Source of the DNA: an uncultured Clostridia bacterium
GTDB lineage: Bacteria > Bacillota > Clostridia > TANB77 > CAG-508
Length of the DNA stretch: 64,000 bases
Assembly (NCBI GenBank): GCA_904381285.1
Contig: CAJFII010000011.1
Coordinates: 275 to 64,274 of the forward strand
Reading direction: 5' to 3'
Positions 31,748 through 42,249 of the stretch are shown one piece after another (positions within the stretch are counted from its first letter, which is position 1; each line of letters starts with the position of its first letter). The translations under genes were made by a program, and so were the position numbers. A model generated the notes under the pieces. That model was not told the origin of the DNA. It saw only the letters and a list, made by a program, of their open reading frames with translations, and searched no databases.

Positions 31748-33608
31748 AAAAGATAATAACCAAAAAGCTGGTAAGACATTAAAAAGACTTTTAAAATATG
31801 TAACTAGTACATATAAACTTCAATTTGTAATTGTATTAATAAGCATAGTTATTAGTTCTTTAGTTGGAGTGGCAGGAATTCAATTTCTTAAAATATTAAT
31901 TGACGATTATATAACACCATTAATTGGAAATGTAAATCCAGATTATTCTTCTCTTCTTACAGCAGTTATTGTAATGGGAGTTATATATGTTGTTGGAATA
32001 ATAGCTACATATATTTACAATAGATTAATGATTAATATATCTCAAGGAATTTTAAATAAAATAAGACTTCAAATGTTCGAACATATGCAAACATTACCAA
32101 TAGGATATTTTGATAGTCATCCACATGGAGAAACAATGAGTACATATACAAATGATGTTGATACACTAAGACAATGTATTAGCCAAAGTATTCCACAAGT
32201 TTTCTCTTGTGCGATTTCTATGATAAGCATATTAATATCCATGATAGCTACTAACATATATTTAACTTTAGTTGTACTTGCAATGGTAGTTATAATGGTA
32301 TTTGTAGCAAAATTCTTTGGAAAGAAAAGTTCAGAATATTTTATAAAACAACAAAAAGATATAGGAACAGTAAATGGATATATAGAAGAAATGATGTCAG
32401 GACAAAAAGTTGTAAAAGTATTTTGTCATGAAGAAGAAACTAAAAAACAATTTGATAAACTAAATGAAGAATTATGTGATAGTAGTACTAAGGCAAATTC
32501 ATATGCAAATACATTAATGCCATGTATTTTAAATATAGGTAATTTAGGATATGTTTTAGTTGCAGTAGTAGGAGGAATACTTGCTGTAAATGGTATTTTA
32601 ACAATAGGTAGTATTGCAGCCTTTTTACAATTCATAAAAGCATTTACAAACCCATTAGGTCAAGTATCACAACAAATGAATTCTATTATTATGGCACTTG
32701 CAGGAGCTGAAAGAATTTTTGACTTAATAGATGAAAAATCAGAAGAAGATAATGGATATGTAACATTAGTAAATGCAAAAATAGAGGATGGTAAAATAAT
32801 TGAAGTAAAAGAAAGAACAGGAATATGGGCTTGGAAACATCCACACCATGATGGAACACTAACATATACTAGATTACGTGGACATGTAGAATTTGAAAAC
32901 GTAAAATTTGGATATGAAAAAAATAAGATAGTATTACATGATATAACACTAGAGGCAAAAGAAGGAGAAAAGGTTTCATTTGTTGGTGCAACAGGAGCTG
33001 GAAAAACAACAATTACAAACTTGATAAATCGTTTTTATGATATACAAGGTGGAAAAATTAGGTATGATGGAATTAACATCAAAAAGATAAAAAAACAGGA
33101 TTTAAGAAGATCGCTAGGTATGGTTTTACAAGATACTAACTTATTTACAGGAACAATTAGAGAAAACATTCGATATGGAAAATTGGATGCAACAGATGAA
33201 GAAGTATATCAAGCAGCAAAACTTTCTAATGCAGATAAATTTATTAAACATTTATCAAAAGGCTATGATACTATGATAGATGGAAGTGGAGAAGGTTTAT
33301 CACAAGGTCAAAGACAATTATTATCTATTGCAAGAGCAGCTCTAAATAATCCACCAGTATTAATACTAGATGAAGCAACATCAAGCATAGATACAAGAAC
33401 AGAAAAAATTGTTCAAGAAGGTATGGACCAATTAATGAAAGGAAGAACAGTTTTCGTTATAGCTCATAGATTATCAACAATAAAGAATTCAGATTTAATA
33501 ATGGTATTAGATCATGGACGTATAATTGAAAGAGGAAAACATGATGAATTAATACAAAATAAAGGAATGTATTATGGACTATATACAGGTGCTATAGAAA
33601 TAGATTAA
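31728..33608 (+). CDS. ABC transporter ATP-binding/permease protein (exporter half, subunit 2)
   Basis: The ATG at 31728 follows AAAGGAG (track start 31701). GATGAGKTT, LSQGQRQLL and VLILDEATSSID. Confidence 0.9.
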   Translation: MKQLNNKKDNNQKAGKTLKRLLKYVTSTYKLQFVIVLISIVISSLVGVAGIQFLKILIDDYITPLIGNVNPDYSSLLTAVIVMGVIYVVGIIATYIYNRLMINISQGILNKIRLQMFEHMQTLPIGYFDSHPHGETMSTYTNDVDTLRQCISQSIPQVFSCAISMISILISMIATNIYLTLVVLAMVVIMVFVAKFFGKKSSEYFIKQQKDIGTVNGYIEEMMSGQKVVKVFCHEEETKKQFDKLNEELCDSSTKANSYANTLMPCILNIGNLGYVLVAVVGGILAVNGILTIGSIAAFLQFIKAFTNPLGQVSQQMNSIIMALAGAERIFDLIDEKSEEDNGYVTLVNAKIEDGKIIEVKERTGIWAWKHPHHDGTLTYTRLRGHVEFENVKFGYEKNKIVLHDITLEAKEGEKVSFVGATGAGKTTITNLINRFYDIQGGKIRYDGINIKKIKKQDLRRSLGMVLQDTNLFTGTIRENIRYGKLDATDEEVYQAAKLSNADKFIKHLSKGYDTMIDGSGEGLSQGQRQLLSIARAALNNPPVLILDEATSSIDTRTEKIVQEGMDQLMKGRTVFVIAHRLSTIKNSDLIMVLDHGRIIERGKHDELIQNKGMYYGLYTGAIEID

Positions 33609-33676
33609 TAAAATGATAAATTAAGTCAAATTTTGATAAAAAATGTTGTTCATTTTTTATTTATGTGATAATATAT

Positions 33677-33716
33677 AAACCGTACAATGCATATATTGGT
33701 AGTACGGTTTATTTTT
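33677..33716 (+). terminator. rho-independent terminator after the ABC operon
   Basis: AAACCGTAC / GTACGGTTT stem followed by ATTTTTAT. Confidence 0.6.
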
Positions 33717-33735
33717 ATGTTTAGGGGAGTATAAA

Positions 33736-35547
33736 TTGGATAAGTTAGAGGAAGTAGAAGAACTAGAATTATCTAGTAATAAAAGCGATGAAATAACAGA
33801 AAATAGTGAAGAGAAAAAGGAAGATGGAGTAACTTTAAATCAGGATAATGCAACAGAAGAAATAAAAGATGTAGAAAAAGTAGATAGTAAACTTTCAGAA
33901 AAAGAGAATACGACTGAAGAAGAACACACTGCTACGGTTCTAGAAGTAGATACACCTTTAGAAGATAGTACAAGGAGTGAGATAGAAGAACCAAAAACTA
34001 AAAAAGATAGTTTGCATAAGTATACAATAGCTATAACGATAATATCTATTATTTTATTTATAGGGTTAGCAATTTTTTCTACAGCTTTTGCTTTAGCTAA
34101 TAAGTTTAGTAATAAAATTGTATCAGGAATATCAATTAGTGGGATAGATGTTTCTGGATTAACTTATGATGAGGCAAAAGAAAAAGTAAGTAAAATATAT
34201 GATGAAAAAATAAAGCAAGATATTATCCTAAAACATAACGATTATGAAACTTCACTAATACCAGAACAAATAGAAGCAAACTTTAATTTACAAGAAGCAT
34301 TAGATACAGCTTATAGCATTGGCAGAAGCGGAAAAGTTTTAAAGGACAATTATACTATTATTAATGCTAGATTAAACAAAGTTGATATTAAGCCAGCTTT
34401 TAGTTATAACGAAAATGCGTTAACAGAATTTATAAATTCAACATCAACAAATTTACCTGATGCAGTAAAACAAAGTAGTTATTCTGTAGAAAATAATAAT
34501 GTAATTATTACAAAAGGTCAAAAGGGTGTAGTAATTAATTTAGACGAATTAAAAACTTCTATTGTCAATAATATTGTAAATTTAAAACAAGAAACAGAAA
34601 CTATTGAAATACCTGTAATAGAGAAAGAACCAGAGGCAATAAATTTACAAAAGATTCATGATGAAATATATAAAGAAGCAAAAGATGCATATTATACAAA
34701 AGATCCATTTGTAGTATATTCTCATGTAGAAGGTGTGGATTTTGGAATTAGCATGGAGGAAGCTCAAAACCTGCTAAATAATGAAGAGGCACAAATAACA
34801 ATACCACTTAAAAAAAGTATGCCTAATGTAACTACAAATGAAATTGGAACAGAAGCATTTCCAGATTTACTTGCAAGTTATTCAACTACTTTTGCAACAA
34901 GTAATAAAAATAGAACAACAAATATAAAGCTTGCATCAAATAAAATTAATGGAGTAGTATTAATGCCAGGAGAACAATTTTCATTTAACGAGGTGGTAGG
35001 ACAAAGAACAGCAGCAGCAGGTTACAAGACAGCGGCAGTATATGTTGCAGGAAAAGTAGAAAATGGAATAGGAGGAGGAATTTGTCAAGTATCATCAACA
35101 TTGTATAATACAGCATTACGTGCAAATTTGGAAATTGTAAAAAGGTCTAATCATAGATTTGCAACAGGATATGTTCCACTAAGTACAGATGCAACTGTAT
35201 CATGGGGTGGACCAGAATTTATATTTAAAAATTCTAGGAAATATCCAATAAAGATTATATCTACAGTAAATGGCGGAAAAATAACTGTTAATATATATGG
35301 ATGCAAAGAAGATGTGGAATATGAAGTTGTTATTAAATCAGAAACATTACAAACGATTCCAATGAAAACAGAATATAGAACAAATACATCTCTTCCAAAA
35401 GGAACACAAAAAGTTGTACAAAAAGGTCATGGAGGATATAAATCTAGAGCATATAGAATTTTGAAATTAGATGGAAAAGAAGTATCAAGACAATTATTAT
35501 CAACAGATACATACGCACAATTATCTACAATTATAGAGAAAAATTAA
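33736..35547 (+). CDS. VanW-family protein with C-terminal G5 domain
   Basis: TTG start after GGGGAG. One TM. VanW core is PGEQFSFNEVVGQRTAAAGY...GGGICQVSSTLYN. G5-like KGTQKVVQKGHGGYKSRAYRILKLDGKEV. Confidence 0.85.
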   Translation: MDKLEEVEELELSSNKSDEITENSEEKKEDGVTLNQDNATEEIKDVEKVDSKLSEKENTTEEEHTATVLEVDTPLEDSTRSEIEEPKTKKDSLHKYTIAITIISIILFIGLAIFSTAFALANKFSNKIVSGISISGIDVSGLTYDEAKEKVSKIYDEKIKQDIILKHNDYETSLIPEQIEANFNLQEALDTAYSIGRSGKVLKDNYTIINARLNKVDIKPAFSYNENALTEFINSTSTNLPDAVKQSSYSVENNNVIITKGQKGVVINLDELKTSIVNNIVNLKQETETIEIPVIEKEPEAINLQKIHDEIYKEAKDAYYTKDPFVVYSHVEGVDFGISMEEAQNLLNNEEAQITIPLKKSMPNVTTNEIGTEAFPDLLASYSTTFATSNKNRTTNIKLASNKINGVVLMPGEQFSFNEVVGQRTAAAGYKTAAVYVAGKVENGIGGGICQVSSTLYNTALRANLEIVKRSNHRFATGYVPLSTDATVSWGGPEFIFKNSRKYPIKIISTVNGGKITVNIYGCKEDVEYEVVIKSETLQTIPMKTEYRTNTSLPKGTQKVVQKGHGGYKSRAYRILKLDGKEVSRQLLSTDTYAQLSTIIEKN

Positions 35548-35574
35548 TAATATAGTATAAAAGGAGATATATGT

Positions 35575-36270
35575 ATGAACTGGAATAAAGAAATAATACA
35601 AAAAATAGAATGGAATGGAGAAATTTCTAATTTAGAGCAAAAATTACAAATTGCGAAAAAAATTGCAAAAAGAGTAAAAGATGGAGATGTAATTGGAATT
35701 GGTTCAGGTTCTACTTCATTTGTAGCAACAAAAGAGATAGCAAAAAGAATGAAAGAGGAAAACTTGAACATTATAGGAATTCCAACATCTCATGAAATTA
35801 ATTTATTATGTAATGAATTAGGAATACCAACAGCTAATTTAATGGATAAAAAACCAGACTGGAGTTATGATGGAGCAGATGAAGTAAATGATAAAAACTG
35901 GCTAGTAAAAGGAAGAGGAGGAGCAATGTTTAGAGAAAAACTAAACATTGCAAGTTCGGAAGTAACATATATATTAGTAGATGAATCAAAATTTGTAGAA
36001 AATATTTGTGACAAATTCCCAATACCAGTAGAAGTTACACCACAAGCAATAAATTATGTAAGACAAAAAATGTTTGAGATGGGTGCAGAAAGTATTACTT
36101 TAAGATTAGCAAAAGGAAAAGATGGTCCAGTCATCACTGAAAATGGTAATGTTATATTAGATACAGTATTTAGAAATGTAGATGAAAATTTAGAAAAAGA
36201 TTTAAAAAGTATAGTTGGTGTAATAGAGACAGGATTATTTATAGGATATAATGTTATTATTGAAAAATAA
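35575..36270 (+). CDS. rpiA: ribose-5-phosphate isomerase A
   Basis: GIGSGSTSF, YDGADEV and KGRGGAMFREK. Confidence 0.9.
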   Translation: MNWNKEIIQKIEWNGEISNLEQKLQIAKKIAKRVKDGDVIGIGSGSTSFVATKEIAKRMKEENLNIIGIPTSHEINLLCNELGIPTANLMDKKPDWSYDGADEVNDKNWLVKGRGGAMFREKLNIASSEVTYILVDESKFVENICDKFPIPVEVTPQAINYVRQKMFEMGAESITLRLAKGKDGPVITENGNVILDTVFRNVDENLEKDLKSIVGVIETGLFIGYNVIIEK

Positions 36271-36281
36271 AAAGAGGGTAA

Positions 36282-37298
36282 ATGCTAATGGATATAGATA
36301 ATGAAAATATAATTAGTCCAGAACTTGAAAGTGTAGAAGAAGAAAGGTTAGAAAATTCATTAAGACCAAAAGTATTAAGTGAATACATTGGACAAGACAA
36401 AGTAAAAGAAAATATGAAAATATACATTGAGGCTGCCAAAAAAAGAGGAGAGCCTCTTGACCATGTTTTGCTATATGGTCCACCAGGGCTTGGAAAAACA
36501 ACATTGTCTAATATAATTTCTAATGAAATGAATTCAAATATTAAAATAACATCTGGTCCAGCAATAGAAAAACCAGGAGATTTAGCTGCACTTCTTACTA
36601 ATTTATCAGAATTTGATGTTTTATTCATAGATGAAATACATAGATTAAATAAGAGTGTGGAAGAAATTTTGTATCCAGCACTAGAGGATTATACGTTAGA
36701 TATTATTATAGGAAAAGGACCAAGTGCAAGGTCAATAAGATTAGATTTGCCTAAGTTCACTTTAATAGGTGCTACAACAAAGGCAGGGTCATTAACAACA
36801 CCATTAAGAGATAGATTTGGCATTGTTGCAAGACTAGAATTATATACACCAGATCAATTAGAGTTAATAGTAAAAAGATCTGCAAATATATTAGGTGTTG
36901 ATATAGATGAAAAAGCAGCTAATGAAATAGCAAGACGTTCAAGAGGAACGCCAAGAATTGCAAATAGAATATTAAAAAGAGTAAGAGACTATGCATCAGT
37001 TTTAGGTAATGGGGAAATTACACTAAAAATAGCAAAGATAGCTTTAAATAAGTTAGAAATAGATGAACTAGGATTAGATGAAATAGATAGAAAAATATTA
37101 GAAACAATTATATTAAAATATAAAGGTGGACCAGTAGGTTTGGAAACACTTGCAGCGACAATAGGTGAAGAAGTAGAAACAATAGAAGATGTGTATGAAC
37201 CATATTTAATGCAAATTGGCTTTTTATCACGTACACCAAGAGGAAGAATTGCAATGCCAGAAGCATATAGGCATTTAGGTATACCATTAGAAGAATAG
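36282..37298 (+). CDS. ruvB: Holliday junction branch migration DNA helicase RuvB
   Basis: [35 protein letters not shown] and RGTPRIANR. No ruvA lies upstream. Confidence 0.97.
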   Translation: MLMDIDNENIISPELESVEEERLENSLRPKVLSEYIGQDKVKENMKIYIEAAKKRGEPLDHVLLYGPPGLGKTTLSNIISNEMNSNIKITSGPAIEKPGDLAALLTNLSEFDVLFIDEIHRLNKSVEEILYPALEDYTLDIIIGKGPSARSIRLDLPKFTLIGATTKAGSLTTPLRDRFGIVARLELYTPDQLELIVKRSANILGVDIDEKAANEIARRSRGTPRIANRILKRVRDYASVLGNGEITLKIAKIALNKLEIDELGLDEIDRKILETIILKYKGGPVGLETLAATIGEEVETIEDVYEPYLMQIGFLSRTPRGRIAMPEAYRHLGIPLEE

Positions 37299-37329
37299 AT
37301 ACAAATAAAAGAATTGAAAGGATAAAAAC

Positions 37330-39180
37330 ATGGGGATAGTCTATATTATATCATCAATAGCATTAATGATAAGCTTTATATTAATAAAGAAAACTTCAAA
37401 AAAATTAAATATACTAAGTTTTATAGCTATAACAATAGGATTAATGTTTTGCTATAATACATTGGTATGTTATATATTAACATTTTTTACAATACCTATA
37501 ACTTTATTAGGATTATCAATAATAAATTTCATTATTACAATAATTTTATTATTTTTTATAATTAGAAAAAAACAAATACAAAGTTACGAAATAAAAAAAA
37601 TAGATTTATTATACATATCTTTATTAGGAATTGCAGTATTAATAGTGGCATATTTAAATTTTGGATTTCCATTTAATATAAAATATGAAACAGGAGATCC
37701 ATCAGTACATTATTTAACAGCTGAAATGTTTGCTGAAAGTGATTCACTATTAATAACACAAGATGATGAAGTATATGGAGATTTTTCAACAAGAAAAACA
37801 GTTTCATATGTTAATTCTGGCTTATTAATGAAATGTTTTGATGGTATAATAGATAGTTATTATAATTATTACATATTTATTATATTTGGAATATTTGTAT
37901 TATTTATGACGGCATGGGCTATGTTTACAACAATTTCATCATTTGCAATAGATAAAAAAACAAGATTTTTAGCGTTTGTAGTTAGCCTTATTTATACAAT
38001 GGGATATCCGTTAAATAGCTTTTTATTTGGGTTTGAATATCTAAGTATGGGAATATTCCTTATTTGCTTAATCTTTGATATGGTTTATTATTTTAAAAAT
38101 AATGAATTAAAAACTGGGTATATAGTGTTAATGTTCCTATTATTAAACTTTGGATTATTTAGTGCATATTACATGTTTGTTCCATTTGTTTATTCAGCTT
38201 TATGGATATATTTTTGCATACATAGTTATGAGAAAGATAAAACAATATTTAGTAAAAAGAACATATTATTATTGGTATCAACGCTATTAGTACCATTTTT
38301 CTTGGGATTTATATATCATATAGCGCCACAAATATATGGGGTTATAATAAATAGTAATTTAAATACTGATACAATGTTTAACTATTCATCACATTTAATT
38401 GATGAAGGACTTTCAACATATGGATACATATATGTAAATCTATATTCTAACTTAATATTGTTATTACCTATACCAATATACTTAATAATTAAAAAATGGA
38501 AAGAAAATAAATTCGCTATAATGAATATGATTTTCTGCATAGGATTTATAGAAATTTTATTATTTGGATTTTTTATTGATAAAGTATCTATATATTATTT
38601 AAGCAAAAACTATTTTGCTTTATGGTTTATACTATTTTATCTAAATTATAAAGGATTAGTAGAAATATATAAAAAGAATAAAAAATTACCATTTGCTTTT
38701 GTATCTTTTTATGTGATTTTAATAATATTAAACTTACTATTTGTATATACACCTTTAGAAAATAGAGAACTAAATGAGAATGAAAGACCAACAACTGTAG
38801 TAGAAGTATTTGGAGCGAATAAAACAATAATAAAAAATAAAGTAACAGACTTATATGATGGAGAATTAGAAATATTAAAATATTTTAAAGACAATATAAG
38901 TTATGAAAACAAAGTAGAAGTAATAGGAGATATGGAGCAAGGGTATTGGGCTTATACATTAACAAGATATGTAAATAACAAAGATGACAAAATAACAGGA
39001 AGAGGACAATATGGGCTTACAATAAAAATGGTAAGAACATTAAAAGATATAGATGATGCAGATTATATAATATATTTTAATAGAACTAGCCTATATAAAG
39101 CTTTACAACAAAGAATACACAAATTAGGAAATGTAATATTTGAAAATGAATATGGAGGAATAGTCAAGTGCGAACATTAG
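37330..39180 (+). CDS. large polytopic membrane protein of unknown function
   Basis: More than 12 predicted hydrophobic helices, F/I/L/Y-rich, with a soluble ~130-aa C-terminus. No catalytic motif recognised. Confidence 0.5.
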   Translation: MGIVYIISSIALMISFILIKKTSKKLNILSFIAITIGLMFCYNTLVCYILTFFTIPITLLGLSIINFIITIILLFFIIRKKQIQSYEIKKIDLLYISLLGIAVLIVAYLNFGFPFNIKYETGDPSVHYLTAEMFAESDSLLITQDDEVYGDFSTRKTVSYVNSGLLMKCFDGIIDSYYNYYIFIIFGIFVLFMTAWAMFTTISSFAIDKKTRFLAFVVSLIYTMGYPLNSFLFGFEYLSMGIFLICLIFDMVYYFKNNELKTGYIVLMFLLLNFGLFSAYYMFVPFVYSALWIYFCIHSYEKDKTIFSKKNILLLVSTLLVPFFLGFIYHIAPQIYGVIINSNLNTDTMFNYSSHLIDEGLSTYGYIYVNLYSNLILLLPIPIYLIIKKWKENKFAIMNMIFCIGFIEILLFGFFIDKVSIYYLSKNYFALWFILFYLNYKGLVEIYKKNKKLPFAFVSFYVILIILNLLFVYTPLENRELNENERPTTVVEVFGANKTIIKNKVTDLYDGELEILKYFKDNISYENKVEVIGDMEQGYWAYTLTRYVNNKDDKITGRGQYGLTIKMVRTLKDIDDADYIIYFNRTSLYKALQQRIHKLGNVIFENEYGGIVKCEH

Positions 39181-39220
39181 GGACGGTTCCCTGATGTTCA
39201 AGTTAAGGAGTTGAGAAAAA

Positions 39221-39787
39221 ATGAAGTTATTAATGCATACATGCTGTGCACCTTGTAGTGTATATTGTATAGAAGAATTGCGTAATGAAGAGATAGAACC
39301 AACTGTATATTGGTATAATCCCAACATACATCCATATACTGAATATCGTGCAAGAAGAGACTGCTTAAAAGAATATACAAAAAGTATTAATGTAAATGCT
39401 ATATTTGAAGAAGATTATGGTTTGAGAGAATTTACTAAAAATGTAATTAATGATTTAGATGGAAGATGTAAGAACTATTGTTACAGAGTAAGATTAGAAA
39501 AGACAGTACAATATGCAAAAGAAAATGGATATGATACATTTACTACTACATTATTAGTTAGTCCATATCAAAACCATGAAGCTATAAAAGAAATAGGAGA
39601 AGAACTAGCAAATAAATATGGCTTGAAATTTTTATATAGGGATTTTAGACCAGGATTTAGACAAGGACAAGCAAAAGCAAGAGAACTTGGATTATATATG
39701 CAAAAATACTGTGGATGCATTTTTTCTGAGGAAGATAGATATGAAAAGCAGATTCAAAAAGATAAAGAAAAAAATTATTCTATGTAA
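39221..39787 (+). CDS. queH: epoxyqueuosine reductase QueH (DUF208)
   Basis: LLMHTCCAPCS, CYRVRLEKT, TTTLLVSPYQ and YCGCIFSE. Confidence 0.85.
   Translation: MKLLMHTCCAPCSVYCIEELRNEEIEPTVYWYNPNIHPYTEYRARRDCLKEYTKSINVNAIFEEDYGLREFTKNVINDLDGRCKNYCYRVRLEKTVQYAKENGYDTFTTTLLVSPYQNHEAIKEIGEELANKYGLKFLYRDFRPGFRQGQAKARELGLYMQKYCGCIFSEEDRYEKQIQKDKEKNYSM
39725..39753. repeat. queH 3'-end segment duplicated at 40971-40999
   Basis: TCTGAGGAAGATAGATATGAAAAGCAGAT versus TCAGAGGAAGATAGATATGAAAAGCAAAT (27/29 identical). Confidence 0.7.
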
Positions 39788-39874
39788 AACAAGGATATAA
39801 AGAGATATATGTACATTTAGGAACAGACTATTTAGAAAGTCATATATTTAGATTTTTTTGTTTGGAGGATAACA

Positions 39875-40291
39875 ATGTTAAATATTGAATATAAGGAAAA
39901 TTTGAATGAAGAATTTTATAAAATAATAGATGAAGAATTTAATAAGTTCGCTACAAAAAATGAAGTTATTTGCAACTATAAGCCATTTTCTTTTATTGCT
40001 AAAGAAAATGATAAATTTGCTGGAATAATAACAGGAAAATCATATTATAAAGAAATTCATATAAGTGATTTAATTGTATTAGAAGAGTATAGAAACAAAC
40101 ATATCGGAAGTAAACTAATAGAAGCAGTTGAAGATTTCTATAAAAGTAAAGGATTTGAAAATATAAATTTAAGTACGTATGGTTTTCAAGCACCAGATTT
40201 TTATAAGAAATGTGGGTTTGAGGTTGAATTTATTAGAAAAAACAAGAAAAATTCAAAACTTGATAAATATTATTTAGTAAAATATTTTTAG
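39875..40291 (+). CDS. GNAT-family N-acetyltransferase
   Basis: Motif A is LIVLEEYRNKHIGSKLIE. 138 aa. Confidence 0.8.
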   Translation: MLNIEYKENLNEEFYKIIDEEFNKFATKNEVICNYKPFSFIAKENDKFAGIITGKSYYKEIHISDLIVLEEYRNKHIGSKLIEAVEDFYKSKGFENINLSTYGFQAPDFYKKCGFEVEFIRKNKKNSKLDKYYLVKYF

Positions 40292-40320
40292 TAGAAGAAA
40301 ATAATAAAAAGGAGTAAAAA

Positions 40321-40911
40321 ATGTCTTTAAAAGAAAGTAATGAAATAACAGTAAAAATTACATGCCCATTGCAAGAGTTACATAGAATTTTAGAATTTAA
40401 AGGATTTAAAATAATAGATAAATTCACAATGGATGATAAATTTATGATATTAAAAACTACTAATTTAAAAGAAGAAAATAGTAGAGACATTTTAGCAAAA
40501 GCAATTTTGATAAGAGATATTATTGGAAATATGGAAAAAAGAAAAACAAAAAAGATAACATTCAAGAATAAACAATTTGATAGTCAGGGTAATATAGTAT
40601 TCCAAAACTCTATAAATTGTGATATAACCAATATAGAAGATGCAATTAGTATATTTCAAGCAATAGGATATTTTCAGGTTATGGAAATAGTAGAAAATGA
40701 CATTGTTTATGAAAAAGATGGATTTCAATTAGCCATAAAAGATATAAAAAATGGAGCTAAATTGATAGAAATAGAAACTGACGAGAAATATGATACAATT
40801 GATAAACTAAAAATGAAATTAAAAGAAATCAAAATACCAGTGGATGAAAATGATTATTTTGTAAAAAAGGCAGAATTAGAATTAGATAAAGTTAAAAAAA
40901 GATTAGCCTAG
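40321..40911 (+). CDS. CYTH-domain (class IV adenylate cyclase/triphosphatase-like) protein
   Basis: EITVKI start strand. IFQAIGYFQVMEIVENDIVYEKDGFQLAIKDIKNGAKLIEIE mirrors the CYTH C-terminal pattern (LGy..v..v.K.R..y....f.i.lD.v.glG.f.EiE). Confidence 0.55.
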   Translation: MSLKESNEITVKITCPLQELHRILEFKGFKIIDKFTMDDKFMILKTTNLKEENSRDILAKAILIRDIIGNMEKRKTKKITFKNKQFDSQGNIVFQNSINCDITNIEDAISIFQAIGYFQVMEIVENDIVYEKDGFQLAIKDIKNGAKLIEIETDEKYDTIDKLKMKLKEIKIPVDENDYFVKKAELELDKVKKRLA

Positions 40912-40970
40912 AAAGAAGAAATAATGCATAAAAAGTAGAAATATGAAAAAATTAAAATAATAAGAAGAGT

Positions 40971-40999
40971 TCAGAGGAAGATAGATATGAAAAGCAAAT
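40971..40999. repeat. orphan copy of the queH 3' end
   Basis: Would read SEEDRYEKQIKNKF*, compared with queH ...SEEDRYEKQIQKDKEKNYSM*. Confidence 0.7.
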
Positions 41000-41026
41000 A
41001 AAAAATAAATTTTAGGAGGAATTGTT

Positions 41027-41566
41027 ATGTTTAGTGAATTTTTAAAAAAATATAAAAAGAATTCTATTTGGATTTCTGTTTTAATGTTAATTTTATCTAT
41101 ATTTATAATATTTGCACCAGTTAAATCAATATTGACGATAATTTATATGTTTAGTATATTTGTTCTAATAGAGGGAATTATGCATATTGTTTCTTATTTT
41201 AAAACAGATAAAGAAAATAGGTTAATGAATTTTGAATTTTCAGAAGGTATTTTAGACATTTTATTTAGTGTACTAATATTTTTTAGTGCTAGTTATTTAG
41301 TACCGTTTTTGTCAATTTTATTGGGCGTATGGATTATAATTAAAAGTATAGCTGAAATGCAAATAGCACTCAATATTAGAAATCATATACAAAAAAATTG
41401 GGCATGGGTTTTAGTATTTTCTATTATATCTCTAATATTAGGTATATTCATATTATGCAATCCAATGCTTGGATATCTAACAATATCTATAATGGGAGTA
41501 TTTATAGCTATTTATGAAATATTAAACATTGTAGAATCAATTTATGTTTTAAATAAATTAAAATAG
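41027..41566 (+). CDS. DUF308/HdeD-like membrane protein
   Basis: Six hydrophobic helices in a repeated pattern. 179 aa. Confidence 0.5.
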   Translation: MFSEFLKKYKKNSIWISVLMLILSIFIIFAPVKSILTIIYMFSIFVLIEGIMHIVSYFKTDKENRLMNFEFSEGILDILFSVLIFFSASYLVPFLSILLGVWIIIKSIAEMQIALNIRNHIQKNWAWVLVFSIISLILGIFILCNPMLGYLTISIMGVFIAIYEILNIVESIYVLNKLK

Positions 41567-41624
41567 TAGCTTGATGAGAAATATTTAGATAGAATAATTG
41601 AACTTCGTAATAATAGGGGGAAAA

Positions 41625-42245
41625 ATGAAAAAAATATATGAACTATTATACATCTTTATAATAACTAGTATCTGTGGATATTTTATTGAATTAGTATGGT
41701 CATTTATAACTAAAGGCATATTTATCAATCACTCGGCCGTAGTAATCGGACCATTCAATTTTGCATATGGTATTTGTGGAGTTGCTCTCACATTGCTATT
41801 ATATAAATTTAAAGATGAATCTTATTCGAAAATATTTTTATTAAGCTTTATTGGTGGTTCTATATTGGAATATATTATGAGCTTTGGAATGGAGATTGTT
41901 TTAGGTTTTACAGCATGGGACTACTCTAATAATTTTTTAAATATAAATGGACGTATTTGCTTACTATTTTCTATATTTTGGGGATTTTTAGGAATTTTTT
42001 GGATAAAAATTCTATATCCGCAAATTGGTAAAATACTTAATAAATTTAATCCACAAGCATATAAAATCATTATAATTTGTTTGACTGTATTTTTATTGTT
42101 AGATATACTTCTAACTATAAGTAGTGTGAATAGAGCACATAAAGCTGATAATGGAATTCCTCCAAACAATAGTTATGAGAAATTTTTAGACAATACATTT
42201 AATAGTAAATATTTGAAAAATATGTTTAATAATAATTGGAAGTGA
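41625..42245 (+). CDS. putative 'ABC-transporter type IV' (PF06541-like) membrane protein
   Basis: The ATG at 41625 follows AGGGGG. FIITSICGYFIELVWSFITKGIFINHSAVVIGPFNFAYG pattern. Paralogous to 55407..56234. Confidence 0.55.
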   Translation: MKKIYELLYIFIITSICGYFIELVWSFITKGIFINHSAVVIGPFNFAYGICGVALTLLLYKFKDESYSKIFLLSFIGGSILEYIMSFGMEIVLGFTAWDYSNNFLNINGRICLLFSIFWGFLGIFWIKILYPQIGKILNKFNPQAYKIIIICLTVFLLLDILLTISSVNRAHKADNGIPPNNSYEKFLDNTFNSKYLKNMFNNNWK

Positions 42246-42249
42246 AAAT

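Noticed and set aside
35575-37298. Synteny oddities: ruvB without ruvA, gpmI without eno, relA without dtd.
   Set aside because: Gene order varies among Clostridia and the missing genes may simply be elsewhere. This cannot be assessed from one window.
39178-39220. Possible preQ1-type riboswitch ahead of queH (hairpin AGGGACGGTTCCCT followed by an A-rich/SD region).
   Set aside because: The loop is far too small, conserved preQ1-I loop nucleotides are absent, and the intergenic region is only ~40 nt.
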